This document shows, one piece after another, positions 7,852-17,032 of a stretch of DNA of 64,000 nucleotides. A program made the translations under genes and the position numbers. The notes under the pieces were generated by a model. The model was given only the letters and a program-made list of their open reading frames with translations, made no database searches and was not told the origin of the DNA. Source of the DNA: an uncultured Bifidobacterium sp. (GTDB taxonomy: Bacteria > Actinomycetota > Acidimicrobiia > Acidimicrobiales > Ilumatobacteraceae); NCBI GenBank assembly GCA_964477795.1, contig CAYZFZ010000004.1:1013-65012 (forward strand), read 5' to 3'. Position 1 is the stretch's first letter. Each line of letters opens with the position of its first letter.

Positions 7852-8496
7852 ATGATGAGAGACATGGTGACCCGTCAACCCTTGACTCCAGCTGTCGACC
7901 CGCACCGGCGCCGTCGCCCGGGCGGGCGTTCGGCCAACGTCCGCGCCGCAGTGCAACGGGCAACGATCGAGTTGCTGGAACAGGTCGGCTATCACGCCCT
8001 GCAGTTGACCGACGTTGCCGAGCGGGCCGGCGTCAACAAGTCGACCGTCTACCGCCGCTGGCCCGACAAGGCTCGACTCGTCGCCGACGTCATGGCCGAC
8101 TTCGCCGACGAACAGGTCCCCGTCCCGGACACGGGCACGCTGCACGACGATCTCGTGGAGCTGATCACCGGGATGGCCGCGATCCTCGACCAGCCCGCAA
8201 CTCGCGCGACGCTGCAGGCCAACGTTCCGTTCGCCGGGACGGACGGCGAGTTGGACGTGGCGCGTCAGCGGTTCTGGGCCCGACAGTTCGCCGACAGCGC
8301 CGTCATCGTGCAGCGTGCCATCGCCCGCGCCGAGGTCGACCCGTCGACCGACCCGCGACTCGTCCTCGACATGGTCAGCGGACCCGTGTACTTCCGGCGG
8401 CTCGTCACCAACGAACCGGTCACATCCGACTACGTGGCCCGCCTCGCCTGTGCCGTCGTCGCCACCTGCACCCGAGGGGGTATGTCAGTTGACTGA
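7852..8496 (+). CDS. TetR-family transcriptional regulator
   Basis: In-frame tail of ORF 7522..8496. HTH ATIELLEQVGYHALQLTDVAERAGVNKSTVYRRWPDK. ATG at 7852 (alternatives 7855 and 7864). Confidence 0.85.
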   Translation: MMRDMVTRQPLTPAVDPHRRRRPGGRSANVRAAVQRATIELLEQVGYHALQLTDVAERAGVNKSTVYRRWPDKARLVADVMADFADEQVPVPDTGTLHDDLVELITGMAAILDQPATRATLQANVPFAGTDGELDVARQRFWARQFADSAVIVQRAIARAEVDPSTDPRLVLDMVSGPVYFRRLVTNEPVTSDYVARLACAVVATCTRGGMSVD

Positions 8497-8539
8497 CAAC
8501 CGAGGCGCAGAAGCTCGATAGATGCGAGCCGTGGTGCAG

Positions 8540-10054
8540 TCACCCGCAGGTGGTGTTCGGCGGCGGTAGGCGACCCTCGGCGAAGAACTCGTCGACCTGG
8601 TCGTCGACGCACGGGTATCCGACTCCGTACGAGGTGTGGCCTGGACCGTTGTGGACGAGCAGCGTGGAATGTCCCAGTCTCGACACCAGGTCGCGTGCGC
8701 CTGCGAGCGGGGTGGCGAAGTCACCGGTGGACGAGACGACGAGGATCGGGATCGTCGTCGTGCTGGATGGTGTCGGCGTCGGTTCCGCGGAGGGCGGGTA
8801 GCCGTGGCAGCGCGGGACCGATCCCGGGTACCACCGAGCGAATGTCGGTGAGGTGGCCGCGAGCCGTTCGGCGATCCGTCGGTAGTCGTCGACCGTGGGG
8901 CGGTCGGCGTTGTCCGCACACCAGATCAGGTCGATGGCGTCGATGGCTCCGCTCGGATCAGGTGTCTGGTTCTGGTTCCACCAGTAGGACAGGCGGGCCA
9001 GTGGGAGCCCGTCGAATGTCTCGGCGGCCCGGATGGCCGCGTTGAGGTCGGGCCACGTGTTGGGGTCGTAGAACGCCGACAACACGGCGTTGATCGCGTA
9101 CTGCGCGGACAGGGCGGACAGTCCTGCGCGTGTCGGAATGGGGGTTCGTTCGGCGCGCTCGATGATGTGGCTGGCGGCGGTTCTGATGTCGTCGGGGCAC
9201 ACGGCGCCAGCCGTGCGGGGGCAGACCTCGTTGAACTCGTCGGCAAGGTGCTCGAACTCGACCGCTTGGCGTTCGAAGATGGTGGCGATGTCAGCGTCGG
9301 GGTCTTCGGGCCCGTCGAGGACCATGGCTCGAACATGGTCGGGGAACATCGCGGCGTAGGTCCACCCCAACCGGGCGCCGTAGCTGAAGCCGAGGTAGTT
9401 GATCTGCTCCTCGCCAAGCGCGAGGCGGAGCCGGTCGAGGTCGCGGGCGACGTTGACCGTGCCCAGGAACGGGCCGACATCGGTGGCCAGGCAGGCCGCC
9501 GCGGATCGTTCGGCGTCGGCGAGCCATTCGTCCAGATCGGCAGGGTCGGCCGGGGCCAGGGGACCTGCGAACGCTTCGTTCATTGCCTCACTGTCGATGC
9601 AGCTCACGGGGTGCGACCGTCCAACTCCCCGAGGGTCGAAACCGACGATGTCGAAACCGGTCGGGAACCTCCCCGACCGATCACGAACGAAGTCCACCCC
9701 AGACGCACCCGGCCCGCCGGGGTTGACGATCACGGTGCCCCGCCGCGGCCCGTCGGCCGGCTCGCGATAGACGAACAAGTCGATGCTCGGCCCTCGTGGG
9801 TCGTCGTAGTCGATCGGCACGGTCAGCGTCGCGCATTGCCCCCGATCGAGAGTCGGCTCCGCGCAGCCGGTCCACTCGAGACCACCGCTCTCCGGCGACG
9901 TCACGTTGGTCATCGACGTGCTCGGCATGCCGGCGGTCGAGGCGGTGGCGAGCGTCGCGTCGGCGGACCGTGCTGGACCGTCGCAACCCGCCGCAAGGTT
10001 CCCGACCGCGACGGCGATGGCGAGCGCACGGGCGGGTCGTGGGGCCATGGTCAT
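8540..10054 (-). CDS. Secreted lipoprotein, alpha/beta hydrolase of the tripeptidyl-aminopeptidase (TAP) type
   Basis: An internal start gives MTMAPRPARALAIAVAVGNLAAGC (lipobox). Family segments include NPGGPGASG, GFDPRGVG, the nucleophile GFSYGA and a TAP-like C-terminus. ATGA overlap with the upstream gene. The track ORF (to 10399) is over-extended. Confidence 0.8.
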   Translation of the reverse strand: MTMAPRPARALAIAVAVGNLAAGCDGPARSADATLATASTAGMPSTSMTNVTSPESGGLEWTGCAEPTLDRGQCATLTVPIDYDDPRGPSIDLFVYREPADGPRRGTVIVNPGGPGASGVDFVRDRSGRFPTGFDIVGFDPRGVGRSHPVSCIDSEAMNEAFAGPLAPADPADLDEWLADAERSAAACLATDVGPFLGTVNVARDLDRLRLALGEEQINYLGFSYGARLGWTYAAMFPDHVRAMVLDGPEDPDADIATIFERQAVEFEHLADEFNEVCPRTAGAVCPDDIRTAASHIIERAERTPIPTRAGLSALSAQYAINAVLSAFYDPNTWPDLNAAIRAAETFDGLPLARLSYWWNQNQTPDPSGAIDAIDLIWCADNADRPTVDDYRRIAERLAATSPTFARWYPGSVPRCHGYPPSAEPTPTPSSTTTIPILVVSSTGDFATPLAGARDLVSRLGHSTLLVHNGPGHTSYGVGYPCVDDQVDEFFAEGRLPPPNTTCG

Positions 10055-10704
10055 TCCGTCCCGAGCCCGCGCTCGCTTCGCGGACCACCGCGAATCGTTC
10101 GCCACGCCGCCGCGACGGTGACCACGATCACTCCGGCACCAGGGATGATCCACGGCGGGACGAGCACCGAGGTAGCAGCAGCGCCGTAGGCGAGCCCGTT
10201 GCCGATGATCCTGCTGCGTCGGCAGGTCAGTACGACCGCCAAGGACGCGGCCACCGCGAGCCAGGGCGCAGCATTGGCGAGTGAGTGGTCGGCGATGTCG
10301 GGCACCGAACTGGTCGGCGTCTTGGCATGCCCGGCCGCGACCAGATCGTCGACAACGCGGAGGTTGCCGACCATGACCAGCACCGTCGTCGCCAACCACA
10401 TCAGGACAGCCACCAGCACCGCCGGTGAGCGCGCCACACGTGGTTCAGCTCGGGCCAACAACGTGACCACAACGACGGCCATGAACGGCGCCGAGGCGCC
10501 GGTGAGATGCTCGGCAGCGTGGCCACCCACGTCGTATCGACGGCCGAGCACCAGGCGTTGCGCGACCACAGCGGCGACGAGCACGAACGCGACCGGCGCC
10601 CAGCGATGCACCACGCGCAGGGCCGCGGTCCTCCCTGACGCGGGTGGACTCGACGCGCGATCGTGTCGAGTGCGCTCGGGCGTGCACGGTTCGGTGCGGC
10701 TCAT
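10051..10704 (-). CDS. Integral membrane protein (about 5 TM), function unknown
   Basis: ATG at 10704 preceded by GGGGGA. Several hydrophobic helices. Its stop overlaps the start of the peptidase gene. Confidence 0.6.
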   Translation of the reverse strand: MSRTEPCTPERTRHDRASSPPASGRTAALRVVHRWAPVAFVLVAAVVAQRLVLGRRYDVGGHAAEHLTGASAPFMAVVVVTLLARAEPRVARSPAVLVAVLMWLATTVLVMVGNLRVVDDLVAAGHAKTPTSSVPDIADHSLANAAPWLAVAASLAVVLTCRRSRIIGNGLAYGAAATSVLVPPWIIPGAGVIVVTVAAAWRTIRGGPRSERGLGTE

Positions 10705-10882
10705 CGCAGTCCCCCAGTCCTCGACCTGCCGTGGCAACCTCGTGGCTCCCGGCGATCTTCTTGTCGCGGCGACCAGCTCGTTCGGTTCGGCCGCACCCGA
10801 GACCCCCTGAAGACCGGGCCCTCCGCAGATCTGTCCGGAGCGCTCGTGAACCGCTGATGGCGCCTGGCGCGACAATCCTCGT

Positions 10883-11419
10883 GTGCCCAGCCGGTTGACC
10901 GACTGCGACGACCTCGAGCTGGTGTCGTTGATCGCCGACGAGCACCGCGACGCGCTCGCAGAGCTCTATGGGCGTCATGCCGCGTGGTTGGTGGCACGCT
11001 TGCGTCATCGGTGTGCAGACGATGGGGTCGTCGCCGAAGCACTCCAGGACACCTTCGTCGCGGTGTGGCGAGGGGCCGGTCGCTTCGACGCACGTGGGCC
11101 TGTCGGTGCATGGCTGTGGGGCATCGCGATCCGACGACTGATCGGGGTGCTGCGCAAGCAACGCCCGGCTGCGGTCGACCCCGAGACGCGTGACCGTCTG
11201 CTCGTCAGCGCGGAGGATCTCGTGCTCAGCGGGACGGAACACGGCGATCTCGCAGGTGCGCTCCGTGCACTGTCGCCCGAGCTCCGGGCGGTGGTGCAGG
11301 CGACAGTGCTGGACGGGTTGACCACCCGCGAGGCGGCCGACCTGCTCGGCATTCCAACCGGCACGGTGAAGACCCGCATGATGCGGGCCCGCGCCGAGCT
11401 GAGAGGAGCGTTGGCGTGA
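10883..11419 (+). CDS. ECF-type RNA polymerase sigma factor
   Basis: 178 aa. Region 2 (DTFVAVWRGAGRF) and region 4 HTH (LTTREAADLLGIPTGTVKTRMMRAR). Confidence 0.9.
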   Translation: MPSRLTDCDDLELVSLIADEHRDALAELYGRHAAWLVARLRHRCADDGVVAEALQDTFVAVWRGAGRFDARGPVGAWLWGIAIRRLIGVLRKQRPAAVDPETRDRLLVSAEDLVLSGTEHGDLAGALRALSPELRAVVQATVLDGLTTREAADLLGIPTGTVKTRMMRARAELRGALA

Positions 11420-11447
11420 TCCGTCGACACGAGGATGGAGGAGGTTT

Positions 11448-12278
11448 GTGATGGGGTGGCATCTCGACCACACCGCTGCAGAGGCATACGTGACGCGGTC
11501 TACGAACGGTGCCGTGACGGCGTCGATCGAGGCGCACCTGGTGTCGTGCTCGTCGTGCCAGGCGCTCGTGGCCACCATGGAGGAGCCGGCCATGCTGCAG
11601 CTGGTCGCCGATGTGTGGGCGAAGGTCGACGACGTGCTGGATCGTCGAAGGACTCCCGCGATCGAGCGCGCCCTCCGTAGGGTCGGCTGCACCGAGACGA
11701 CCGCGCGGATCATCGCGGTGAGCGCCCGTGCCCGCTGGACGTACCTGGCGGCGGTCACTGTGAGCGTCGCGATGGCCTTCGTGGCGGGGAGGTCCGGCAA
11801 CGATCAGGCGTTCGAGGCATTCCTGCTCCTCGCCCCACTTGGGCCGCTCGTGGCCACCGTGGGGGCGTTCAACCGTCGTACCGATCCGCTCCATTCGTTG
11901 ATGAGGTCGGTGCCGATCTCTCCGTGGCGGGTCGCGCTGTTGAGGACGATTGCGTCGGTGGTACCGGCGATCGGGCTCACGGCCGTCGGCGTTCCGATCC
12001 TCTACGACCGCGGGTGGCTCGCCGTCGCGTGGTTGCTGCCGTCCCTGGCGCTGAGCATGTGCGTGCTGGTGCTCGCGACGCGAGTATCGATCGAATCGGC
12101 AACGCTGATCGCCGGTGTCTCGTGGCTCTCGATCCCGCCATGGTCGCGGCTGCGCCAGGTTGATCTGCTCGGCGCGTTCGGCGGTGGGATCCAGATCGGC
12201 TCCCTCGTCGTCGTCGCCGGCATCGCCATCCTGCTCGCGGTGCATCGTCAACGGCTCGACGATCTGGTGATGCCGTGA
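11448..12278 (+). CDS. Anti-sigma factor (zf-HC2) fused to a multi-pass membrane domain
   Basis: The N-terminal HLVSCSSCQ motif directly follows the sigma gene. About 6 predicted TM helices follow. Confidence 0.75.
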   Translation: MMGWHLDHTAAEAYVTRSTNGAVTASIEAHLVSCSSCQALVATMEEPAMLQLVADVWAKVDDVLDRRRTPAIERALRRVGCTETTARIIAVSARARWTYLAAVTVSVAMAFVAGRSGNDQAFEAFLLLAPLGPLVATVGAFNRRTDPLHSLMRSVPISPWRVALLRTIASVVPAIGLTAVGVPILYDRGWLAVAWLLPSLALSMCVLVLATRVSIESATLIAGVSWLSIPPWSRLRQVDLLGAFGGGIQIGSLVVVAGIAILLAVHRQRLDDLVMP

Positions 12279-13201
12279 GCGGCTTGGAGCAGGGCGAAGG
12301 AGGGGCGGCCCCGGGCAGGGCGCGGCCGACGCAGCCCGGTGACCGCGCAATGGTTCGCCTGACAGGCGTGACCAAGCGTTACGGGCATCGTGACGCGGTG
12401 AGCAATGTCGACCTGACGCTCGGACGCGGCGTGCTTGGTCTGCTGGGTCCCAACGGGGCGGGGAAGACCACGCTGCTGAAGATCCTGGCGACGTCGCTGG
12501 CGCCCACGTCCGGACGCATCAGCGTGTTCGGTCTCGACCCGATGGTCGCGAGTGAACGGCTGGAGATCCGCCGCCGACTTGGATACGTGCCCCAAGAGGT
12601 CGGACTGTACGAAACGTTCAGCGTGTTCGACTTCCTCGACTACATCGCCATCCTGAAAGAGCATGCCGATCGGTCAGACCGGCGGGCAGAAGTGAGGCGA
12701 GTGCTGCAGGCGGTCGATCTCGACGACATGCGCTCGAAGCCCATCCGCAAGCTGTCGGGAGGGATGCGACGCCGAGTCGCGCTCGCCCAATCACTGCTCG
12801 GCGACCCGGACCTGCTCGTGCTCGACGAGCCGACCGTGGGCCTCGACCCCGAGCAGCGTCTTCGGTTCCGCCAGATCGTGTCCCACCACGCAGACCGTCG
12901 GTGCGTGGTGCTCTCGACCCACCTGACCGACGATGTCGAGGCACTCTGCGACCGGGTCGTCGTGATGAACAGTGGGCGCATCACGTTCGACGGCACGCCC
13001 GCCGGCCTGGCAGCCTTGGCGACCGGCCGGGTCTGGCTCGCCGACTCGCCCGATCCACGCGCACTCACCTCGTGGCGCACCACCGAGGGGCGCCACCGCA
13101 ACGTTGGCGAGGCTCCCGTCGGGGCACACCTGCTCGACCCGACGGTGCAGGACGGCTATGTGATCCTCAACGGATCGGCGATGAGGGAGCCGGCGGCGTG
13201 A
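12275..13201 (+). CDS. ABC transporter ATP-binding protein
   Basis: Walker A GPNGAGKTT, signature LSGGMRRR, Walker B LLVLDEP. A GTGA overlap at 12275, or the ATG at 12350 (MVRLTGVTKRYG), may be the true start. Confidence 0.9.
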   Translation: MSGLEQGEGGAAPGRARPTQPGDRAMVRLTGVTKRYGHRDAVSNVDLTLGRGVLGLLGPNGAGKTTLLKILATSLAPTSGRISVFGLDPMVASERLEIRRRLGYVPQEVGLYETFSVFDFLDYIAILKEHADRSDRRAEVRRVLQAVDLDDMRSKPIRKLSGGMRRRVALAQSLLGDPDLLVLDEPTVGLDPEQRLRFRQIVSHHADRRCVVLSTHLTDDVEALCDRVVVMNSGRITFDGTPAGLAALATGRVWLADSPDPRALTSWRTTEGRHRNVGEAPVGAHLLDPTVQDGYVILNGSAMREPAA

Positions 13202-14070
13202 GCAGCCCGACCGTCGCGCTGGCGATCGCCGAAGGTCGACGCTTCGTGCGCAACCCGTTGATCTGGGTCTCGTTGCTGCCGTCAGCGCTGTGGTTGCGAG
13301 CCGCGCTGCCAGAGAGCGCTGGCGAAGCTCGGCTGTTCCTGCTCGTCGGGTACGGGCTCGGCATGAGTGGTTTCGTGATGGTGGCGGCAGCCGTGCTCGC
13401 GACGTTGCGCGGTCGCCGGGAACACACCGACGAGCTGCTGGACACGCTGGCCATCGGCCCTGACGGGCGATCGCTCGCTCATCTCGGCTCGACGCTCGCA
13501 CTCGGAGCCATCGGAGTGATCGTGACGATCGTCATCGCCATCGTGCTCCGCCCCGGCGACTCGCTCGGCACCTGGGACCCTTCCGATACCGGCGTCGCGG
13601 TCGACATCCCGCGGCCCAATCTCGCGCAGCTTCTCCAGGGCCCGCTGGCGTTGGTAGCGGTCGCAACACTGGCGATCGCCGTGGTTCGGTGGGTACCTAC
13701 CTGGCTCGTGCTGGTGCCGTTGCTGTTCGCGTTGATGGTGCAGATGCTGTTCATCGGCGTGTACCACGGCGTTCCGGCCGTCGGCGGCCGATGGTTCTTC
13801 CCGCTTGGTACGGGCATCGTCAATGGCACATGGTCAGGCTGTCGGGACGGCGAAACCGGGTGTGTGCTCGCTGTGTCTGGCTACGACCGCGTCGCCCCGT
13901 GGTGGCATGCCGGCTATCTCGTGGCGGCCTCGTGCTGGTTCGGCTCGATCGCAGTGCTCAGGCACCGGCGCGATCGTCGCTCGTGGGCATGGTTCGTCGT
14001 CTCGCTCGCCGCCCTGGTCGGGGTCGGCCTGGTGCAGGTCGCCACGGCGAGGGAATTCGTGGCGTCGTGA
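13198..14070 (+). CDS. ABC-2-type transporter permease-like membrane protein
   Basis: GTG at 13198 overlaps the ATPase stop (GTGA). Multiple hydrophobic helices. Confidence 0.7.
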   Translation: MSSPTVALAIAEGRRFVRNPLIWVSLLPSALWLRAALPESAGEARLFLLVGYGLGMSGFVMVAAAVLATLRGRREHTDELLDTLAIGPDGRSLAHLGSTLALGAIGVIVTIVIAIVLRPGDSLGTWDPSDTGVAVDIPRPNLAQLLQGPLALVAVATLAIAVVRWVPTWLVLVPLLFALMVQMLFIGVYHGVPAVGGRWFFPLGTGIVNGTWSGCRDGETGCVLAVSGYDRVAPWWHAGYLVAASCWFGSIAVLRHRRDRRSWAWFVVSLAALVGVGLVQVATAREFVAS

Positions 14071-14086
14071 TGGCCGAGAGGGGCTG

Positions 14087-14151
14087 TGTCAAATTCTCTT
14101 GACATCGTCGATGGGCGGCCCCTATCGTCGAGATGTCAAAGAAACTAGACA
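14087..14151 (+). promoter_or_regulatory. Promoter with two 6-6-6 inverted-repeat operators
   Basis: TGTCAA-ATTCTC-TTGACA at 14087..14104, where the right arm is a consensus -35. An 18-nt spacer leads to TATCGT at 14123..14128. A second site, TGTCAA-AGAAAC-TAGACA, lies at 14134..14151. Confidence 0.45.
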
Positions 14152-14166
14152 CTGCTGGAGCTGGCC

Positions 14167-14589
14167 ATGACGTTCACCGAGAAGAGCACCATCACCATGA
14201 CGGCGGTCCTGCTCGTCGTGTTCTCCGTCTACTTCGCGTTGGTCCTGGGCCAGTACGCCACGTCGTCCGATCGCCAGGCGGCGTTCACCGGGCTGACCAT
14301 CGCCGCGGTGGTCGTGCTCGCCGTGCTCGCCGCGGTGTCACACATCGTGTTGGCGTTGGCCTTCCGCTCCCAGGCCGTGTCGTCCCGCGACGAGCGAGAC
14401 CACCTGATCGCGTTGCGCAGTGGGCGGCTCGGCGGCTACGTGCTCGCGGTCGGCGTGTTCGCCGGCATCGTCCTCGCGATGGCCGATGCATCCGCCTTCT
14501 GGATCGGTCAGGTACTGCTCGGCGCGTGGGTGCTGGCCGAGGTAGCCCGCGGCGTCGCGGCGCTGGTGCTGTACCGGCGGGGCGCGTGA
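14167..14589 (+). CDS. Small 4-TM membrane protein (DUF2178-like)
   Basis: 140 aa with four hydrophobic helices. GTGA-coupled to a YozG-like XRE regulator, a recurrent gene pair. Confidence 0.7.
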   Translation: MTFTEKSTITMTAVLLVVFSVYFALVLGQYATSSDRQAAFTGLTIAAVVVLAVLAAVSHIVLALAFRSQAVSSRDERDHLIALRSGRLGGYVLAVGVFAGIVLAMADASAFWIGQVLLGAWVLAEVARGVAALVLYRRGA

Positions 14590-14807
14590 GCGTCGCCAAG
14601 CCCACTCGGGTCACCAACCGCATCGCCGAGCACCGCCATCACGCCGGCATGAGCCAGGCCGAGCTCGCCGAGCGGATCGGCGTCACTCGCCAGACGGTGA
14701 ATGCGATCGAGCGTGGCAAGTACTCGCCCTCGCTCGAGGCGTCGTTCCTCATCGCCCGCGTGTTGCAGCGGCGGCTCGAGGAAGTGTTCGACTACCCGGC
14801 GGACTGA
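14586..14807 (+). CDS. Short XRE-family HTH transcriptional regulator
   Basis: NRIAEHRHHAGMSQAELAERIGVTRQTVNAIERGKYSPSLEASFLIARVL. GTG at 14586 overlaps the upstream stop. Confidence 0.8.
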   Translation: MSVAKPTRVTNRIAEHRHHAGMSQAELAERIGVTRQTVNAIERGKYSPSLEASFLIARVLQRRLEEVFDYPAD

Positions 14808-14922
14808 GGCGCGCATCTCCGCTCGGCGCTGGCCATCCGCAGGGCGTCGAATCGGTGGTGGATGGCGACGGTCGGCACACTGCGCCGAGGACGAACTTCA
14901 GAGGTCGCGTGGACAGGTCGCG

Positions 14923-15618
14923 TCAGCTGCGCATGCGCCCGCTGTGCCAGGCGAATGCCGCGAGCTCGACGCGGTTCCGGGCACCGATCTTGTCCTGGAG
15001 GCTCGACAGGTGGCTCTTCACAGTGCCCAGCGAGATGAAGAGCGTACGGGCGATCTCCAGGTTGCTGAGCCCCTTCGCAGTCGCGCGAAGGACCTCCTCC
15101 TCTCGATCGGTCAGTGGCACTGCGGGCTCGATCGGTGGCGTCGCCGCGGTGGTCGCGCTGTGATGGTGCAGCAGGCGGACCGTCATCGCCGGTGAGATGA
15201 GCACCTCGCCGCGCTGAGCCGCACGCACGGCCTCGAGGAGCAACGCGGCTCCGGCGTCCTTCAACAGGAAGCCGGCTGCGCCGCCGCGCAGCGCCGCATG
15301 CGCGTACTCGTCGAGATCGAAGGTGGTCACCACCACCACACGAAGCGGATCAGCGACGTCGGGCCCGGCGAGAAGGCGGGTCGCCTCGAGGCCGTCCATT
15401 CGCGGCATGCGCACGTCGAACAGGCACACGTCCGGCCGCAGCTGCTGTGCCAGCGCGACCGCGGTGGCGCCGTCGGCAGCTTCGGCCACCACCTCGATGT
15501 CGTCGGCGTCGTCGAGGATCATCCGGAAGCCGGTGCGGACCATGTCCTGGTCGTCGGCGATGAGGACACGGATGGTCAACGCAGGTGTCCGATCGGCAAC
15601 TCCGCCCGCACCATCCAT
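14923..15618 (-). CDS. NarL/LuxR-family response regulator (TCS-1)
   Basis: Receiver domain IRVLIADDQDMVR...DVRMPRMDG. C-terminal LuxR HTH LTDREEEVLRATAKGLSNLEIARTLFISLGTVKSH. A TTG at 15579 overlapping the kinase stop is an alternative start. Confidence 0.9.
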   Translation of the reverse strand: MDGAGGVADRTPALTIRVLIADDQDMVRTGFRMILDDADDIEVVAEAADGATAVALAQQLRPDVCLFDVRMPRMDGLEATRLLAGPDVADPLRVVVVTTFDLDEYAHAALRGGAAGFLLKDAGAALLLEAVRAAQRGEVLISPAMTVRLLHHHSATTAATPPIEPAVPLTDREEEVLRATAKGLSNLEIARTLFISLGTVKSHLSSLQDKIGARNRVELAAFAWHSGRMRS

Positions 15619-16817
15619 CCGCCGCCTCGGGCAGGGCCGGCGATGAGCGATCCGCCCAGTGCCGCCGCCCGCTCACGCATGCCGATGATGCCGAAACTGC
15701 CTCGCCGGGACGAGCCCGCCGGCGTTCCGTCGTCGCGCACCGTCACCACCAGCCGATCGTCGACACGGACGACCGAGATGTCGAGACGAGTGACGGCCGA
15801 AGCATGTCGCCGCACATTGGTCACCGCTTCGGCGATGATGCGGTGCACTGACGGCGCCAGCGACGGGGAGAGGTCTCGCACGGCCGGATCGATGGTCGCG
15901 TGCAGCGGCGCGCCCATCGATGCTGCGTCGGCGAGGAGTCGATCGATGTCGTCCCATCCTGAGCCGCCACTCGCCGCGGAGTTCGCCGTGTCGCGCCGCA
16001 GGCCCACCACCATCTGTCGCATGGCGTCCAGCGCATCCTGCCCGGCGGTCTCGATGCTCTGCAGCGCCGCCGTCGCGGCAGCGGGTTGCCGCTCGGCGAC
16101 GTGGCGTGCCGCCTGTGCCCGGACGACGATGCCACTCACGTGGTGCCCCACCAGGTCGTGCAGCTCGCGGGCGAGTTCCAGCCGTTCGTTCGTGCGGGCT
16201 GCCTCCTCCGCCGCGAGGCGGCGCCAGTCCGTCCAGCGCAGGTACAGGCCGACGCACACGGCCACCGCCAACGCACCCTCGGCCGCCACGAGGAGGTACG
16301 CGGCCGCGGCAACCATCGGCCGCGATGCCTCGGCGGCGACCGCCAGGCCGGCGAGCCCGGCGAGGCGCACAGCGGGGCCGCTCGGCTCGCGTCGCACCAC
16401 GACGACGGTCAGGATGCCAAGTGCGAAGAGCGCAGCGAACGACGGAGGCATGCTCGATCCGATCGCCAAGCTCGCACTGGTGAAGGCGATGGAAGCGCAC
16501 GCGAGCACGGTCATCGCGGTGGTGGCGAATCGCCGACGCAGGACGACCGCCACCACGGCGGCTGCCCCGATGCCGGGCACCATCACGGCGATCGAGACCG
16601 CGAGGCGGCCCGTGTCGACCACCGGGTCGTTCACCCACACGGCGAAATCGACGAGCGCGAATGCGAGCGTGCAGCTGACCAGCAGCAGGCCCGTCGCCGT
16701 CGGGCCGACCCGCTGCACGACGTCGACGACTCGATCGAGCGGCGCGGTGGGCAGTGCTCTGTCGTCCAGCTCGAGAGGGGGAGTCACGGGGATGGGGTCT
16801 GCGGCGAGGTGTCGCAT
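15576..16817 (-). CDS. Sensor histidine kinase, HisKA_3 type (TCS-1)
   Basis: H-box ELARELHDLVGHHVSGIVV, followed by the HATPase region (GIIGMRERAAALGG). N-terminal TM helices. The ORF stays open to 17003, so the start is uncertain (16817, 16913 or 17003). Confidence 0.85.
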   Translation of the reverse strand: MRHLAADPIPVTPPLELDDRALPTAPLDRVVDVVQRVGPTATGLLLVSCTLAFALVDFAVWVNDPVVDTGRLAVSIAVMVPGIGAAAVVAVVLRRRFATTAMTVLACASIAFTSASLAIGSSMPPSFAALFALGILTVVVVRREPSGPAVRLAGLAGLAVAAEASRPMVAAAAYLLVAAEGALAVAVCVGLYLRWTDWRRLAAEEAARTNERLELARELHDLVGHHVSGIVVRAQAARHVAERQPAAATAALQSIETAGQDALDAMRQMVVGLRRDTANSAASGGSGWDDIDRLLADAASMGAPLHATIDPAVRDLSPSLAPSVHRIIAEAVTNVRRHASAVTRLDISVVRVDDRLVVTVRDDGTPAGSSRRGSFGIIGMRERAAALGGSLIAGPARGGGWMVRAELPIGHLR

Positions 16818-17032
16818 CGGTGCCAGGCTACGAGGTGCCGGTCCCGGACGTGATCGGCCGATCGGCTGGTTCTCCGCCGGGCAGTCCTCAGCCGGCCGGC
16901 TGTCGAAGACAGCCATGCGCCCGATGTGCGCAGCGGATGCTCGTCCGACAATGGCCGAGTGACGAACCGACGACCAGTTCCTGATCCCGCCACGCGCTCG
17001 CACGCCGGCGCCCGGACCGACGCGACTCAGCT

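Noticed and set aside
8540-10399. Over-extended N-termini in the ORF track (also 42868..44946, 45113..47149, 27099..29561, 39218..40276, 30319..31860, 31487..32773)
   Set aside because: The upstream extensions are Arg-rich and overlap neighbouring genes. Internal starts give proper signal peptides or family N-termini and show ATGA/GTGA coupling or a Shine-Dalgarno sequence, so I trimmed the calls.
10847-10873. ECF-type promoter TGAACC-N17-CGAC upstream of the sigma factor gene
   Set aside because: The match to a generic GGAAC/CGT pattern is weak and the cognate consensus for this sigma group is unknown. It is mentioned in a finding but not listed as a feature.
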